Shown here piece by piece: positions 1 through 13,800 of a stretch of DNA of 64,000 nucleotides; within the stretch, counting starts at the first letter, position 1, and the number at the start of each line of letters is the position of its first letter. Made by a program: the position numbers and the translations under genes. Location of the stretch: positions 620,001 through 684,000 of the forward strand of contig CP142731.1 of assembly GCA_036630325.1 (NCBI GenBank), given 5' to 3'. The stretch comes from Vairimorpha necatrix. Its lineage: Eukaryota. The notes under the pieces were generated by a model, which saw only the letters and a list, made by a program, of their open reading frames with translations, was not told the origin of the DNA and searched no databases.

Positions 1-655
1 ATCTGGGATTGATTATTTTTCGAGAAAGGGATTTGCAAAGATAATCAAGTCAAGACAAGATAGGAATGTCCTTAAGTTTGTGAAGGAACTTTATAAAGAA
101 TTAAAAATTCAGATGTTAATTTTAGATCAATCTAAGTAAAATTTGAGTAAGAAAATCCAAGATTTTGCAAGAGAAGAAAATTTTGAACTGCATTACACCT
201 CTCCGTTCCATCATCAATCATATGGACGGGTTGAGAGATTCAACAGAACTCTACAAGACCTAATATATAAGAATAAACAGGATAAACTTCTTACAAATAA
301 GCTAGCAAGAGCAATAAAAAAATATAATGAGTCATATCACACTGGCATAGAGATGACGCCTGAAGAGGCCTTAAAAGAAGAAAATCATCAACGTTTAAGG
401 GAAATACAATTTAAGAAAAGAATTAAGTTCAGTAAAGAAAACTACAACAAAGAGAGGGAGGAAATATTAAAAAAGGATGATATAGTTTTAATTAAGGAGG
501 AAGTAGGTCGGACTAAGGGACAACCCAGATTCAAAGCCAGAGGAATAATTCTTAACAAGGTTGGAGAGAATTCATATAACATTAAAGTAAAAAATAAAAT
601 AATCAAAAGGCATGCGTCACAACTTAAAGTAATTGTAGACGAGCTTTCCTCTTGA
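1..655 (+). mobile_element. 3' end (integrase) of a Ty3/Gypsy retrotransposon, inserted into the integrase of the next element
   Basis: rve motif SPFHHQSYGRVERFNRT; SH3-like tail ending KRHASQLK; in-frame TAA at ~137. Confidence 0.9.
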
Positions 656-664
656 CCGGTGGGA

Positions 665-740
665 TGTTGTATTATTTAAAAATTTATATATTCACCCCTT
701 AATTTTATCATGAATAAAGAACTTAAAAATAAAAGCTGCA
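665..740 (+). repeat. Candidate 76-bp 3' LTR (TG...CA)
   Basis: Follows the IN stop and ggtggga, contains a CCCC motif, and ends where the neighbouring element's integrase resumes; partner LTR is outside the window. Confidence 0.55.
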
Positions 741-3700
741 ATTAAATATCTATCTTCTATCGGTCCTATGATGTCAAAAGCGACTTTTCTCCTGGCCCAA
801 ATGCTTCTACATGCCTGAATCCCTTAATTCTAACCGGATATTACTCCTTACATTTATAACATCTTTTTAAAACATCTTCTACTCTCTTTAGTGTTATACT
901 TTTCATGCTTTGTTCCTTCTTTAGTTGTTCATATGTAGCTTTTGCGCCTCTATGAACTAAATTTTCGTGTATCTTCATGATCAAGTCATCAACTTCTTGT
1001 TCTTCAATCACATTTATTGTCCCATAGTGTCTCGAGAGAGCATCCACATGCTCCAAATCTGTGGGTGTTTTGTATCGTATATTGAAATCGTACATCTGTA
1101 ATCGTTCTATCCATCTCATTATCCTAGGAGAATTTATCTCTCCTTTGCAGTTTAAGGCTTCCAGTGCCTTGTGATCCGTGTATATTGTAAATTTCCTTCC
1201 GAGGAGGAAATATTTAAAGTGTTCCATTGCCCAAAGTGTAGCTAACATTTCGTTTTCTGTAATCGTATAATTCCCTTCGGCCTGTCGTAACTGCCTCGAG
1301 GCAAACGCAATTGGTCGTTCTTGCCCGTCTATTTCCTGGCTAAGTACGGCACCTAATCCTGTGTTCGATGCGTCTGTTGTTAAAACAAAGTCTCGTGTAA
1401 AGTCAGGTTGATACAGGCATAAATCCGATATTAATGCATTTTTCAACGTTTGAAATGCTGTTTCTTGTTCCTTTTCCCAAATGAAAGATTGTTTCTTTTT
1501 TAATTGTATTACGAGTGGGTAGCACATCTCTGCACAATCCTTTATGAACTTTCTGTAATAATTCACAATGCCTAAAAATTTTCGCACCTCCTCTACATTC
1601 CTCAGGAATGTATATTTTTTTATTCCTTCAGTATTATCTGTCAACGGAGTTATCTTATTATATGTTATGTTGTGGCCTAAAAAGTTTATCTCTTCTTTTA
1701 ATATTTCAATTTTTTCCATGTTTGCTGAGAATCCTGCGTTGTTAAGTAATCTACATACTCTTCCCACTGCCTTTTCATGCTCTTCAATTGTTTCAGTATA
1801 TATTAGAATATCATCCACATACGCAAAACAACATCTCCCAATTTCCTGTTTAAGAACTTTATCAACTATTCTTTGAAATATTGCTGGTGAGTTCTTAAAC
1901 CCCATAGGCATCCTGATGTATTCGTATGTTCTGTTTTTATCCTAAAAGCTGTTTTCATCATGTCTTCCTTTTTCAGCTTTACCTGAAAAAATGCTTCCTT
2001 TAAGTCTATCCTAGTAAAATATCTGCTTTTTCCCAGGCGGTAAATAAGCTCTTCTATCCTTGGTAGCGTATAACTATCTAGTGCCACTATTTTGTTAAGT
2101 TTTATTAAATTTATCGTAAGTCGTATGCTTCCATCTTTTTTTTCGACAGGTCTAACGTTATTTAACCATGTAGAGTGGAATTCTCTTATGTAGTTGTTTT
2201 TTAATAAACTCTGTATTTCCTTTTCAATTTTATCTTCCCATGCTTACGGTATTCGGTATGACTTATCTACAACCTTTTTACCTTCCTCCGTATCTATATT
2301 ACATTCAAATCCCTTAATTCCTTCGTTCTTCCAAGCACATAACTTATTTATTTCTTCTTTAAAATCGGTTACCTCGGCAATAGGATTTATGGGCTTTGGA
2401 GTTCTCATCCATTGACGTCCTATTATCACCGTCTTATCATTCCGCTTTGGTAAAATTTAAAACTTCTCTTTAAAACGTTTTTTGCTATGCTCAAATTCGA
2501 TTTCCACATATTCGTCTATCTTAAACTCTTCTAATAAGCAAATATATAGAGTGATCGGTGTGTTCAATAAAGTTGCTTTGACCTGCAAGAGTGCTTGTAT
2601 TGGGTTTGTTATAAAACTATATTCTGAACCTGTGTCAAAAATAGCCCTAAACTGGAGACCTTTGATATAAACTAAATTTTCTTTAATAATTTCATCGACC
2701 GTTTCGACGTTATTAAGCTGTTTTTTTCTTGTCCGTTCCTATTGCGTTGTCTGATTTTGTATTATGTCTTCTGTAATACGCTTCTCTCTTGATTACCTCT
2801 ATCTTCTTTATAGTGTCTAGAAATTCCTCATCAATTTTTTTAAACTTAAGCGTTGCTTGTTCACACTCCTCTCTCAACTTCTTCAATCCAAGGAAACCAA
2901 TCTCTAGTATCAGCTCGTCATCGTCAATAATAGTTTCCCTTAGCTTTCTCATCCTTATAAAAAAATCGTAGCACGTTTCTTCCTTTTTCTGAAATTCTCT
3001 CAAGAATTCTCTTTTGGTTATTTTTTATCAAACTGGGAAAGCATGTATTCCTTCCATGCTTCATAGGGGATCTTTCTGAGTTTTTTATCTCTTTCGAGGC
3101 GTTCGTGGGCTTCAATTATAGGTTGGTGGAAAAGTCCGCCAAAATATAAAAGAAAATTTGAAAAAAAAATAGCCCTTAAAAATGAATGTCGAAACGGACA
3201 AACAGCATCAGGAAGAAACACCATAAACTAAAATCACAAATTTAAAATAATATAATACTAAATAAATAATTATTTGCCATATAACAAATGTATTAACCCT
3301 TCATATACAATTTTTAGACATTAAATTATTATTCGGATTTTTATAAAATTATGTTCGTCCAATAATTTTTCGATACCCTCTTAATATGGAAAATGAAAGA
3401 AGATTACAGGAACAGAAAGAAAGACCTGTTGATATGAAAGGCATAAAAAATAAACATTTGAATTTATACAAAGGATACAAATACTATATGAAATACACTG
3501 GGGCTTCTTTTATAAAATGGTCTTGTTTTTTAAAAAATTATAATGGAGTATACGCATGAACATTGTAACAAATAAAGTATGTAATTATCAAGATCATAAT
3601 CATGAGGAATTAAGTAATTCACAAATTAAAATCTTATTTGTAAATGAAGATATAAAAAGAGATAGCCTCACAAGCAGAAAACTAAAATCGAAATTGTATG

Positions 3701-5190
3701 TGCAACAACATCAATGCTCGATGATTCAGAAAGACAGTTACTTCCAAGTATACGTAACATAAAGAGAAGAATTAGAAAACTTCAATATTTAACTCAAAAT
3801 TTTAGCTATTCTAATAATTATGATATTCCAAATGAGTCACTAATGACACGATCTGGACTTAAATTTGTACAGTATGATAATTATTTTAGTACCAAAGAGA
3901 GAATAATAGCATGCTGGTCTGATAAAAATTTAAACAACGTCATGAATAAGAAAGTCTTTGCAGTTGATGGGACATTTTACTCGTAGCCTCTAGCCCTTTT
4001 CCGCTTTTCGAAGTATTTTTTGTAGATGAATATACTTACATTCCTTTTGCTTATTTTCTATTACCTAATAAAAAATATGAATCGTATGTGGAAGCTTTTA
4101 AAATGCTATTTAATTTAGCAAATGTGAGAAAAATGGAAAATATGATAATAGATGGTGAATTGACTATACATAAGGCATTGCATAGTGTATATCCAGGCAC
4201 CAAATAAGACTTTGTGTCTTTCATTATTCACAGGCGGCTTTTAAAAAATTTAAATCATTGGGATTTTCTAAATTATACAAGGATGATAAGATTTTTAGAT
4301 TTTATATCAAATGTTTGCTTTGTTCAATATTCATTATTGAAGAAAAAAAAATATTACATTTAAATATTTAGTTAGGTTAATATGTCGCGATTATAGTGGA
4401 CATGCAATTAAAGAATTTCTTAACTATTATATAACGAATTGGTTAAATAAAGACTTTTTCCGTTATAACGATATGAAAGAAAGAATAGAATATGATATAC
4501 CATTTACAAATAATGGAGCGGAAATTTTTAATTCTTCATTAAAAAGAGAATTGAGATCTCCACATCCAAGTTTAACTGAGCTTTTAATGTGTTTGAGAAA
4601 TCGTGATTTTTTAAATGAAATATACAAACATAATACTAAAAGCAAGAAAAACAATTTTATAACAAAGACCAGAAATTCAAAAATAATAATAAAAATAGAA
4701 TATTTAAAAGACAATGTTTGTTTGGAAGTTTTAAAAGAAATTACATCTTTATATAACTTTAAAGATGATATTTTACAATAAATTTGATCATTTTGATTTC
4801 TCCTTCGAAGGGCTATTTTTTTTCAAATTTTCTTTTATATTTTGGCGGACTTTTCCCCTTGCGCATGTATTCCTTCCATGCTTCATAGGGGATCTTTCTG
4901 AGTCTTTTATCTCTTTCGAGGCGTTCGTAGGCTTCAATTATAGCCGTATCTGCTCTGTCTAAGATATCTTCAATCTTTTCTTCATCCGTTAAGGATTTAA
5001 AATCTTTCGTCCTTTCTAATTTTTTTAAAGTGGCCTTAAGATCTTTACCAGTTATTTGTATGGTGAGATCAGCCAGTAACTTCATAATGCCTTGTTTTGA
5101 AATATTCTCCACCATGTTAGACATATCCAAGTTAGGGGGTATTTAATAATAAAAATATAAAGTAAACAATGACATGAAAATGTCACAACA
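741..5190 (-). mobile_element. Degenerate Ty3/Gypsy element (gag-PR-RT-RH-partial IN), split by a MULE
   Basis: PR FDTGS (~2630), RT YVDD and RH TDAS (841-1911), IN start DIIGP (~770), gag at 2713-3120 and 4863-5130; candidate 5' LTR 5115-5190 followed by PBS TGGTGGAGAAT. Confidence 0.9.
3125..4858 (+). mobile_element. Mutator-like (MULE) DNA transposon with pseudogenised transposase
   Basis: ~48-bp TIRs (ggaaaagtccgccaaaatataaaag...agccc at 3128-3175 and 4810-4856); FLYWCH-like N-terminus from 3387; VDGTF and TNNGAEIFN motifs. Confidence 0.85.
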
Positions 5191-5952
5191 CTTAGAAACT
5201 CAAAAGACAATTATTTTGATGTTTTAATAAATTTATTATTTTAAGTATTTCTCCTCCTTTTTTTCCATTTTGATTTTCTAAAAAAGGGATATTTTTTAAA
5301 AATTTGTATTTATATATGTAGGGGGGGGGGCATAAAGTGAAAATTGGCCAATTAATTAGATTAGATAAAATAAATAATACTTTCAAAACGCCAAAGAGAC
5401 TGAATATTCTCAAATATTGTTCCATTAAAAAGAACATATAGTGGAAGAAAGTATAAGAACTAAATTGTATTGTCAAGATACAAAGAATTCCTTACGTAGT
5501 GAAAGTTCTCCTCAAAGACCTATGTAAGAAAAGTTCTCCTTTTGAGAATTCCATCATTAAGCAAGAAAGTTCAGAAGAAGAGACCCGTCTTTTACAAAAA
5601 TAATAGTTGAAAAACTACGCGCAAATTTATTTATTGTGGCGCGCGAACGTTGGCCCAAGGATTTTCAGCTTGTGCAAGCATTGGCCTCAATGAAACTTCA
5701 ATTCCTGCAAGCATTGACCCCTAGGATTTGCATCCCGTGCAGGCGTCGACCCCTTCTTTTGGAAAGCCCTGTCTAAGTTAAATCTTTTTTAAATAAAATA
5801 ACGCACTAAACTGGATTCGAACCCGCGGCAATGTGAAAGAATCAAGCAAGCATAAGACTCGACCTTGGATTAAGATAAAATAAAATAAAAAATAAGAAAA
5901 TACATACATAATGACAATTGATAAATAAAAAGATTTTTTTATCCCCTTAAAA

Positions 5953-7106
5953 ATGATTCTTTCTCCAAGAAATGCCAGTGAATACAGTAATTTAAAATTA
6001 GTTTTACTAGGCAGGGACAATGAAGTTATTTTAGAAAAGCAAAAAAACGGTTGAAACAAAAAGCTGGTAATTACCTTCTTATAGATGGGGCGCTATATTT
6101 AAGAAACGAAGCCAATGGGAACCACCTCAAGGTTTTTCATAGTGAACAGCCTGAAGCCATGGAAGTTGAATGTAGAGTTTTTCACCAGCTTCATCACAGG
6201 GGCGTTAACCGATTCGAAGCATCATGCAATAAGGTTTTTTTTCAAATTCCTAGGGACATTATAAGAAAAATCGTTTCCGATTGCATCACATATGGACAAT
6301 CACAACCGTTAAAAAATAAAGAGCGCCAAGTACATATTACGGCCTCTAAACCGATGGAACGAATTATGATCAATTTAATCGATATGACACGCTGTAAAAG
6401 GTTTAACGATGGGTATTGTTGGATTTTAATAATAATAGATGTATATTCTAAGTTTGCCTGGGCCTTTTTATTGAAAAGTAAAACGGGTGATGAGGTTACA
6501 AAAAACCTTAAATTTTTATTTTACGATATGACTGGTCCGCCCAAGATCCTTCAAAGCGATAATGGTAAGAAATTCTGCAATTCCTATATAAATAAACTTT
6601 GTTCAGACTTTTTTATTGTTCAAAAACATAGTAGGCCCCGTCACCCACAATCAAACGGGCAAATAGAAAGGTTTAACCAAACTTTAACGCGAACAATACA
6701 AATACATGTATTTGAAGAAAGTTTGTTAGCCGTTGGCAATTCTATAACTGAATAAGAAAAGGAATGGCCGAAACATCAATAAAGTAGTTTACAACTCCAA
6801 TTTGGCCAAACATAGTGCGACAAAGCAGGTCCGTTTAATGTATTCTTAAAAATACCAGTATTTAATTCTGTTTATACGCAAGATGAGAACGAGTCTTCAA
6901 ATGAAAGCTTAAAATAAATCGAAATGATACTCGAGATAGAAAATAAAAGAGATTTGTCGAATAGTGTTTTTAAAGAGCAAATTGAAACTGGTACAGTTGA
7001 TCCAAATTACCTTGCAAGAATGGATCGTCATTCATTGGTTCATATCTCAAAATATACTTTTGAAATTGGTGACAAAGTCATTGTAGCTAAAGACTTTGAT
7101 AATAAA
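5953..7106 (+). pseudogene. Stand-alone DDE integrase (Ginger/GIN/KRBA2-like), frameshifted
   Basis: H..H.G..C zinc region, IDVYSKFAW, LQSDNG, PQSNGQIERFNQT; cccc motif before ATG 5953; no RT or LTR adjacent. Confidence 0.75.
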
Positions 7107-7179
7107 GGTGCCCTTAGCACAGTGGTAGAATGCAATGCTTCCATTGAGCAATGGCTGGGTCCGATTCCCAGGGGCTCCA
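7107..7179 (+). ncRNA. tRNA-like head (Pol III A/B boxes), probably the 5' end of a SINE rather than a functional tRNA
   Basis: Acceptor GGTGCCC/GGGCTCC, D-loop AGTGGTAGAA, T-arm CTGGG-TCCGATT-CCCAG; irregular anticodon arm; no oligo-T terminator. Confidence 0.75.
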
Positions 7180-7870
7180 AAATTGTTTCTACTTTCTATG
7201 ATGCAGTTGGAACAACTCAGATGATGAAAATGTCCACGATAATCATTAAGTTGATTCAATGAAACTTGTGTGTGTCCAGCCACAAGGGGATTAGCATCTA
7301 GTGTAGAAACGCACCTCAAGGCCAAAAAGCAGTATCACTCTTTGGTGACTTAATGATACATAAAAGTATCTAATGGGTACGGCCTAGTTGGAGCCCATGG
7401 CTGGTGCACTCTAGAGTGGGATCCTAGAGCTAACTAAGAGACTAGACGAAGTAGGGCAATAGAAGGTCTCGTGGACCCCATCCTACATGATTCTGTAACA
7501 TGGTGGCCGAAACTAGTGGGAGACTGGTGGTCAACGCAGCCCAATAAAAACGCCGGGCTGGGGATGTGGTCGTGTAAGGAGCCGTGTGTGCAATACGGAT
7601 GATTGTAGGGACCTTTGAGTCAGTACGATGATGTCTCTCCTCGGGTTATAGATAACCATGCCCGTTAAGTATATCCGCTGTGAGGTCACTCTGGACGCGA
7701 TTTGAGGCCTAAATGAATTATTCTCCTGAAGCCAAGTCTAATGGTTACGGCGGAGATTGCTACACCGACATGTATATGGGATGTATAGTGAACAAGAATC
7801 AAACATCGCCGTTCTGAAAGGGTCACACTCAAAAAATTCTGGTCCAGGGCATGGGTTATATCTACCTCTT
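7107..7870 (+). mobile_element. Putative tRNA-derived SINE inserted in the integrase tail
   Basis: Abrupt GC-richer non-coding block starting at the tRNA head, with many hairpins; 3' end approximate, no TSD found. Confidence 0.6.
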
Positions 7871-9763
7871 ACAAGCAAAGAAAAACATGAATTTTTAATG
7901 TCCAGTGGGTTTTCTTCGCTTTGATAATTCGGTTTTTTACACTTTAAATTTTATTTTATTTTTAGGATTACAGACCACGGGAATAACTTTTTACACTACA
8001 GGAGAGGCCGCGAAGGTATGCTGGCATATAAGGCAATTATTAATGATTTTTCTTTATTAGGATAAGTTTTTATCTACTCGGAGCTTTTCTTTCTTAGCTG
8101 ATTGTGTCTTTTTTGCATAAATATTATAATTTTATTTTTTACAATTCCGTCTTTTTTTACAATAAACAATTTTATTTTTATTTATTTTTTGGTAATTTAG
8201 TTTTAAAAGTAAAATTAAAAATTTTGTTGGTTGGTTTTTGTTCGAGGACTTTGTTGTTTAACGAACGTTCCATGAATTTAAAAAGTATAAAAAGAAAAAA
8301 ATTATCAAAAATTATGAAAGGGTCAGAGTCTAGATATCAATGTTCATGACACAGTAAAAGCATGGGGCTATTATATGATGCAATGTATACTACAAATGAA
8401 ACCTGAACCAGTTCATATTAAGATATGTTTTGTTTTTTCAATTTCTCATGTATATCAGATTATCTCTTTATGCGTCGTTGGTAGCCTAGAAAACTTTAGA
8501 ACTATTCTTAAATATAAAAAATCAACTTATGCGGATTTATGAAAGTTGCTTTTTTTTTCTGTATTAGATTTTCAAAATTTTATCCAGTTTATGTCTTTGG
8601 ATAATCATCCTTTCCCCCTAAATGTTTAAAATCAATTTCCAATTTATTTTTCAAATTAGAGTAATTGAATTTCTTTTATTTAATACAAACTCTTCAAAAA
8701 TTTAGGACTCATAAAAACTATTCTCCGTGATATTTTAGATCATCATATATTTATGTGATATTCTTGTGGAACGTTATATGTAGTTATAGCCCAAAAATTA
8801 TGTTTTTTTCCAAACAAATACTCAGTATCGTACATAATGTCTTTCATTTATTTTCTTGTACATCCAAGAAATAGCAGCTAACTACAAATAAGCCTTTAGT
8901 AATGGCACCAGTAATTATTTTTTGTAACTGTTCATGTAGACCTTCAAATACTGCATTTCTTTAAAACATTCAAGCCTTATTTTAAAATTATTTAAATATC
9001 GATATTATCCAAATAATTCCTCCTGCCTATTGTTTTCAATATGACGAATTTTTATTTTCAATGCTTCATTTTTACGTCACATTACACTCATCTGTAATTA
9101 TTTTACAAGGGGCTGTTTGTTAAGTATAATTCACCAACGTGCTTCATAGATAATAATAAAAATGCCGTAAGAGTTTATTTGGCCCATTTCTATATCATAA
9201 TTCTTTATAAGTACTAAAAAACATAATTAAGCCAATAAATGCATGATATTGCAGAAATTAGTTTCACACCTTACACAGGATAAAAAATTATATATGTATT
9301 TTTCAAGAGCTAATAAAAAAGTAAGGGCTATATCTCATAAATATTACAAAATTAAGAATATCGTACCTTCTTTTACAACATAGTTATCTATCAATTTCTT
9401 TTACATTATTTCCAGAATGATAATAGAAAAAAATGGAATCTAGGAGTTCTTCTAATATGTAAAATCGAGGTTTTTTTTGCTAGATTAAATTAGGACAAAT
9501 TCAAAAAAAAATGTTACTTAAATATTCTTGTAAAAGAATTTTAAAAAACTATGATAATGTACACTTAAACGGAATAGATTATTGTCTTTGATTTTTGACT
9601 CTAAAATCACAAAACAGTAAAAAATTACATGAAAACAAAAATAACAAAGTAAATTTGGAGCATAGAGTCGAAACACAAGTTAAACCCCCAAAGCATACTA
9701 AAATACCTTTATGTCTGTTTTAAAGGTGAATTACATAATGTAATTAATTTTTAAACATGACTG

Positions 9764-10870
9764 GGTGCATCTTTAGTAACGTGCCGGAAGGTAACACCCC
9801 CCCCCTTACAGAAAAAAATTTAACAAAATTTTGAATAAAAATATGAAAACGATATAAAAATGCTTATTTAATTCAGTAGTTTAGATAAAAGATCAACAAA
9901 ACCCTTATAGAAGTCTACCATAACATCTTCTCGAAGCATAAATTTCCTATACATAAATTCATCGAGCAATGTATCTATCTCCGACCGTTTTACTCCATGT
10001 TCTTTGGTCATTTCAGACTTCATTTGAGACCATACGTTCTCAATATTATTTGTATGGATACCATCAGGAGATAAAAAACCTATAGAATGATTAACAACTT
10101 GATGACTTAGACATAAATTTTCTGCCACCCCGGAATAACTAGGATGACCATCGCTATGTAAAACCGAACCTACACCAATTCTTCCCCCTAGAGCAGCAGT
10201 AAGGCACTCAATGGTTCTATTCTCTACCCTCGTAATGTAGAAGTTTGAAGGATTTTGAGCATCTATTATGCCCAAAATCCAAACGGTGTCCCTTATAAAG
10301 TCGTCCGAAGAGGTAGGAGATCTTATTTTACCCCCTCGGCACATAACAGACTCATCTACTTGAACGACTTGCCCGGGTCCTCCGATTATAATTCTATGCA
10401 TATCCTTATAGATCTTTCGGAGGCTGCTTTTTACGGCAGAGATTGTAGCTGTTGAAACGCCTAATCTTGCCATCAACTGAAAGTAAGAATATCTGCATAA
10501 TATTCCAAATACAAGGTCACAGAATGTTTGAAGAGGGACCTTGCTGGGTTTATTAACAGCCAGCCTCGCACTGCATTTAAGTTCAAGCAGCGATATGCTA
10601 ATCTTGTAACGATTTCTTTCTTGACAGGACCCAATCTCATGTTACATCCACATTTGGAACATGATTTTTGCTCCTTCAGCACTTCTAAGTCAATTAAAGC
10701 TTCTAAACAGGTGTCAATGTTATGGAAGAGCCTTTGTATATACACAAGTTTCATTTTTGTGCTTTTCTTTAGTAACGTGCCGGAGTTTTCTAAATCTAAG
10801 TTTTCCATTTTAGGGGTAAAAAAATATTTTTTAAAAAAACAAAATCCCGGCACGTTACTAAAGATGCACC
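9764..10870 (-). mobile_element. Merlin (IS1016/ISXO2-like) transposon
   Basis: TIR ggtgcatctttagtaacgtgccgg; 8-bp TSD catgactg; transposase 10808-9868 with frameshift (VQVDES, HSDGHPSY, VNHS, HTNNIENVWS). Confidence 0.95.
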
Positions 10871-13800
10871 CATGACTGAATTATATATTAACATATTTGC
10901 ACAAGATATTTTGTTAGTGCGCTAGTTTTTTTAGGTTCAATTCAAAGTTCAATGAATTGTTCCCAAAGAAAAAGATTTTACATATAGTTAATATTGTAAA
11001 TTATGCCTGCTTTATTTATGTTTAGGTATAGTTGTATGATCGAATAAGAATATTCAATAATTTATTGATTTTTTGTTTTTGGTGAATACATAGATATTTA
11101 GAATATTTCTGTAGGACTGATTTTGTTCAATATGTTAAAAATACGTAGGGCATATTGATTTATGCACTAATATTTATGCGAACATGCAATCATAAAAGTT
11201 GAAACAAACTAATGAAAGGATTATAAAAAAATATAAGTGATATTTGCCGAAAATGAAGTTTAAATATTTTATAAAAAAATTGTGGCAGAATACCCATAAG
11301 AATTTAAAGTAAAAGTTGTTAAAACATACAAAATCGTTTAAATAAAAACAATTTGTAGCCTTGTAAACAAGATGATTGCATATAATTACATTTGAAAAAA
11401 GATATGTCACAACCCTTTTCATATACTATACTAAATTTGGCATTTAATAGTAATGAAGGTTTTTTATTTCAAGGAAGGGGTTCTCTTTGTCACAATTGCA
11501 TTGTAGTCTCTTGGCTGTTGCATTTTTATGAATATCGATCAAAAGTAATAGTTATGATTTTTTATTTAATAACGTTGACTGTTATTGTATTCTATATTAA
11601 GCTCAACATTATTACTGCAATGAATAGCTTTCTTGCCTTTACACAGATTGTTAGTTTTTGGATCCGAATTTATTGAACATCTATCTGTTTTATACAAATA
11701 TATGACGGGAGCTCATCAAAACAAGATTTTACATTCATCCTGCCCAAATCGCGATAGTGTCTGGGTTGAATTCAAACGGAAGAATTAAAATTATCCGTTA
11801 ATAACAATATTCTAAAGAGCATTTTGGCATATTGGCCATTATATGTTCGAGTAACGACATTAATACATACAGAGTAGAGGTGTCTTAATTCTTTAAATGC
11901 TGATCTTTCTGTTTTTATGTAAAAAATCTTAGAGAGTATATTTTAAGATAATTTTCATTAGATTTAAAAAAAAGAAACATATTCCATCATTATAAATTTG
12001 GGAGTTGAAACAGCGATAGGGGTTTTATCATGTTGCCACAGATTGCGTCTTATATTCAAATCTCTAATATAATGCGGGTTGTTTATACTATATAAGAACA
12101 TTTATATTAATTTTGAACTATCCAAATCTTAACAAATATCTCTAATTTCTCAAATTATCACTTGTCTAATACAAAAAAAATTCATCTTCTCCATCTTTGA
12201 TATTGTGATACGAATAATTGTAATTTAGTATCTGTTATTACTTCGTTGGCGTGTTCCTTTTTGATTTTGTATTACAATCACGGGGAAAATATCTTTAACA
12301 AAAGCTTATATCGTTTACGGGATCTAATTGCCTTGTTTGCTTTTTCGGGTGTTTTATTGTATATTTTTTTAATCAACTCTGGAATTTTAAAATTTGATGG
12401 CCACTTACAAAGCAATGTAAGAATGTAAGTTACATATTAAATCCCCTTTGATAAATACCCAGATTAAAATCAAGTACTTCACGCTATATTTCCGCATTCC
12501 CATGATATTATCGTAGTCTCACAAATATGAACACGTTATTATATTCTATTTCATTTTATTAGTTTTATAAAAGAACTTTGCAATCATTATTTCATTTATA
12601 AAGGTCGCCTGAATTTATGATTAATTATCGGTAAAAAAGAGTACGATGTATTTAAAATTCCATGCCCTTGAAACATTATGTTTTTGTCTCTAACGAATAA
12701 AACGAAGGGAAATCATTATTTAACCAGACAAACATAAAAAACTCATAAATACTTTGATTAAAAGTAGATAAAGGGTTTATCGAATATTCTTCCGCATGTT
12801 TTTTATTCATTGATTTTTATGTAACATATTATCAACTTTTAGTTCTAAAATAGTTATTTTTGTTGAAAACATGTGGAATTTTCATCTTAGATAAGTATTT
12901 TTGTTTTTTTTCATTTGTCATTCCTAACAATATTCTATCTTTTCATTTGTGGCAAAAAGGATTATCAATGTGAGAAAATATCGCTTTGTTTTGAAAATTC
13001 TATGTATAATTTTGATAATTTAAATATAATATGAAATTTTTTTTTTAAAATATAAGATGTCCTACCTCTCGTCAAATATATCTAGCTCATAAGGAGATTC
13101 CCGCTTTCATGATTTGGCAGTTGCATAGAAATTACTCAAATCTATATTATGATTATCTTTACTCATTCATTTTCATTTTTATGTTCTCATAAGATATAGC
13201 TTTGTAACATAAACAAAATTTACTAGCTGCAAACTTTTCATATTAAATTAGAGATGAATTTCAGTCTATAAGTAACATTTATTTATAAAACTTTACGCCA
13301 AAAGAGAAATACTTACGCTTTAGTATATAGTTTTTGTATTAGAATTTGATATAATCAAAACAGTACTATAAAAATGACGAAAAAGCATACTCAGATTTTT
13401 TATTGAAATAATATCTAATATCTCTTCTATTTTGTGAATTCTAAATAATTATCAGTAATATGGTTTGTGTACATCGAGAATCTATTTATATCCTGTATAT
13501 ATATTATAAAGGCATCTAAACATCTCTTCTCTAGTAACGATGGCTTTGTAAATTAGCTGAATAGAATTATTAATTCAACTTCTATTCTTATTTCAGGAAA
13601 ACAATATTTTATTTAACTATTATATATATTTAAAAATTCCTAAAAGCCTGAAAGCTGCACGAATAAACAAACTTGTGTCTACTATATCCAAGGATAATGC
13701 TATAAAGATATGAATGTTTTCATCACCATTGGTATCATCAGTTGTCTGAACTTAGTTCAATTATTGCTTAATTTCAAATTTCTAAAGATATTAGTTAGGT

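Noticed and set aside
7107-7179. Functional tRNA gene
   Set aside because: TCC instead of TTC in the T-loop, ambiguous anticodon arm, no terminator, and it sits inside a transposon
3018-7325. ORFs 3018-3224, 4813-5130 (C-terminus), 6924-7262 and 7047-7325
   Set aside because: Read-through across insertion junctions (TIR or SINE sequence)
7578-7600. gagccgtgtg resembling group II intron domain V
   Set aside because: Stem too short; no bulge, domain VI or maturase
7630-7670. ctcctcg as an HDV-like ribozyme core
   Set aside because: Could not build the P1/P3 pairings by hand
8400-9200. Possible decayed integrase (KIITD-like, minus strand)
   Set aside because: Only one weak motif
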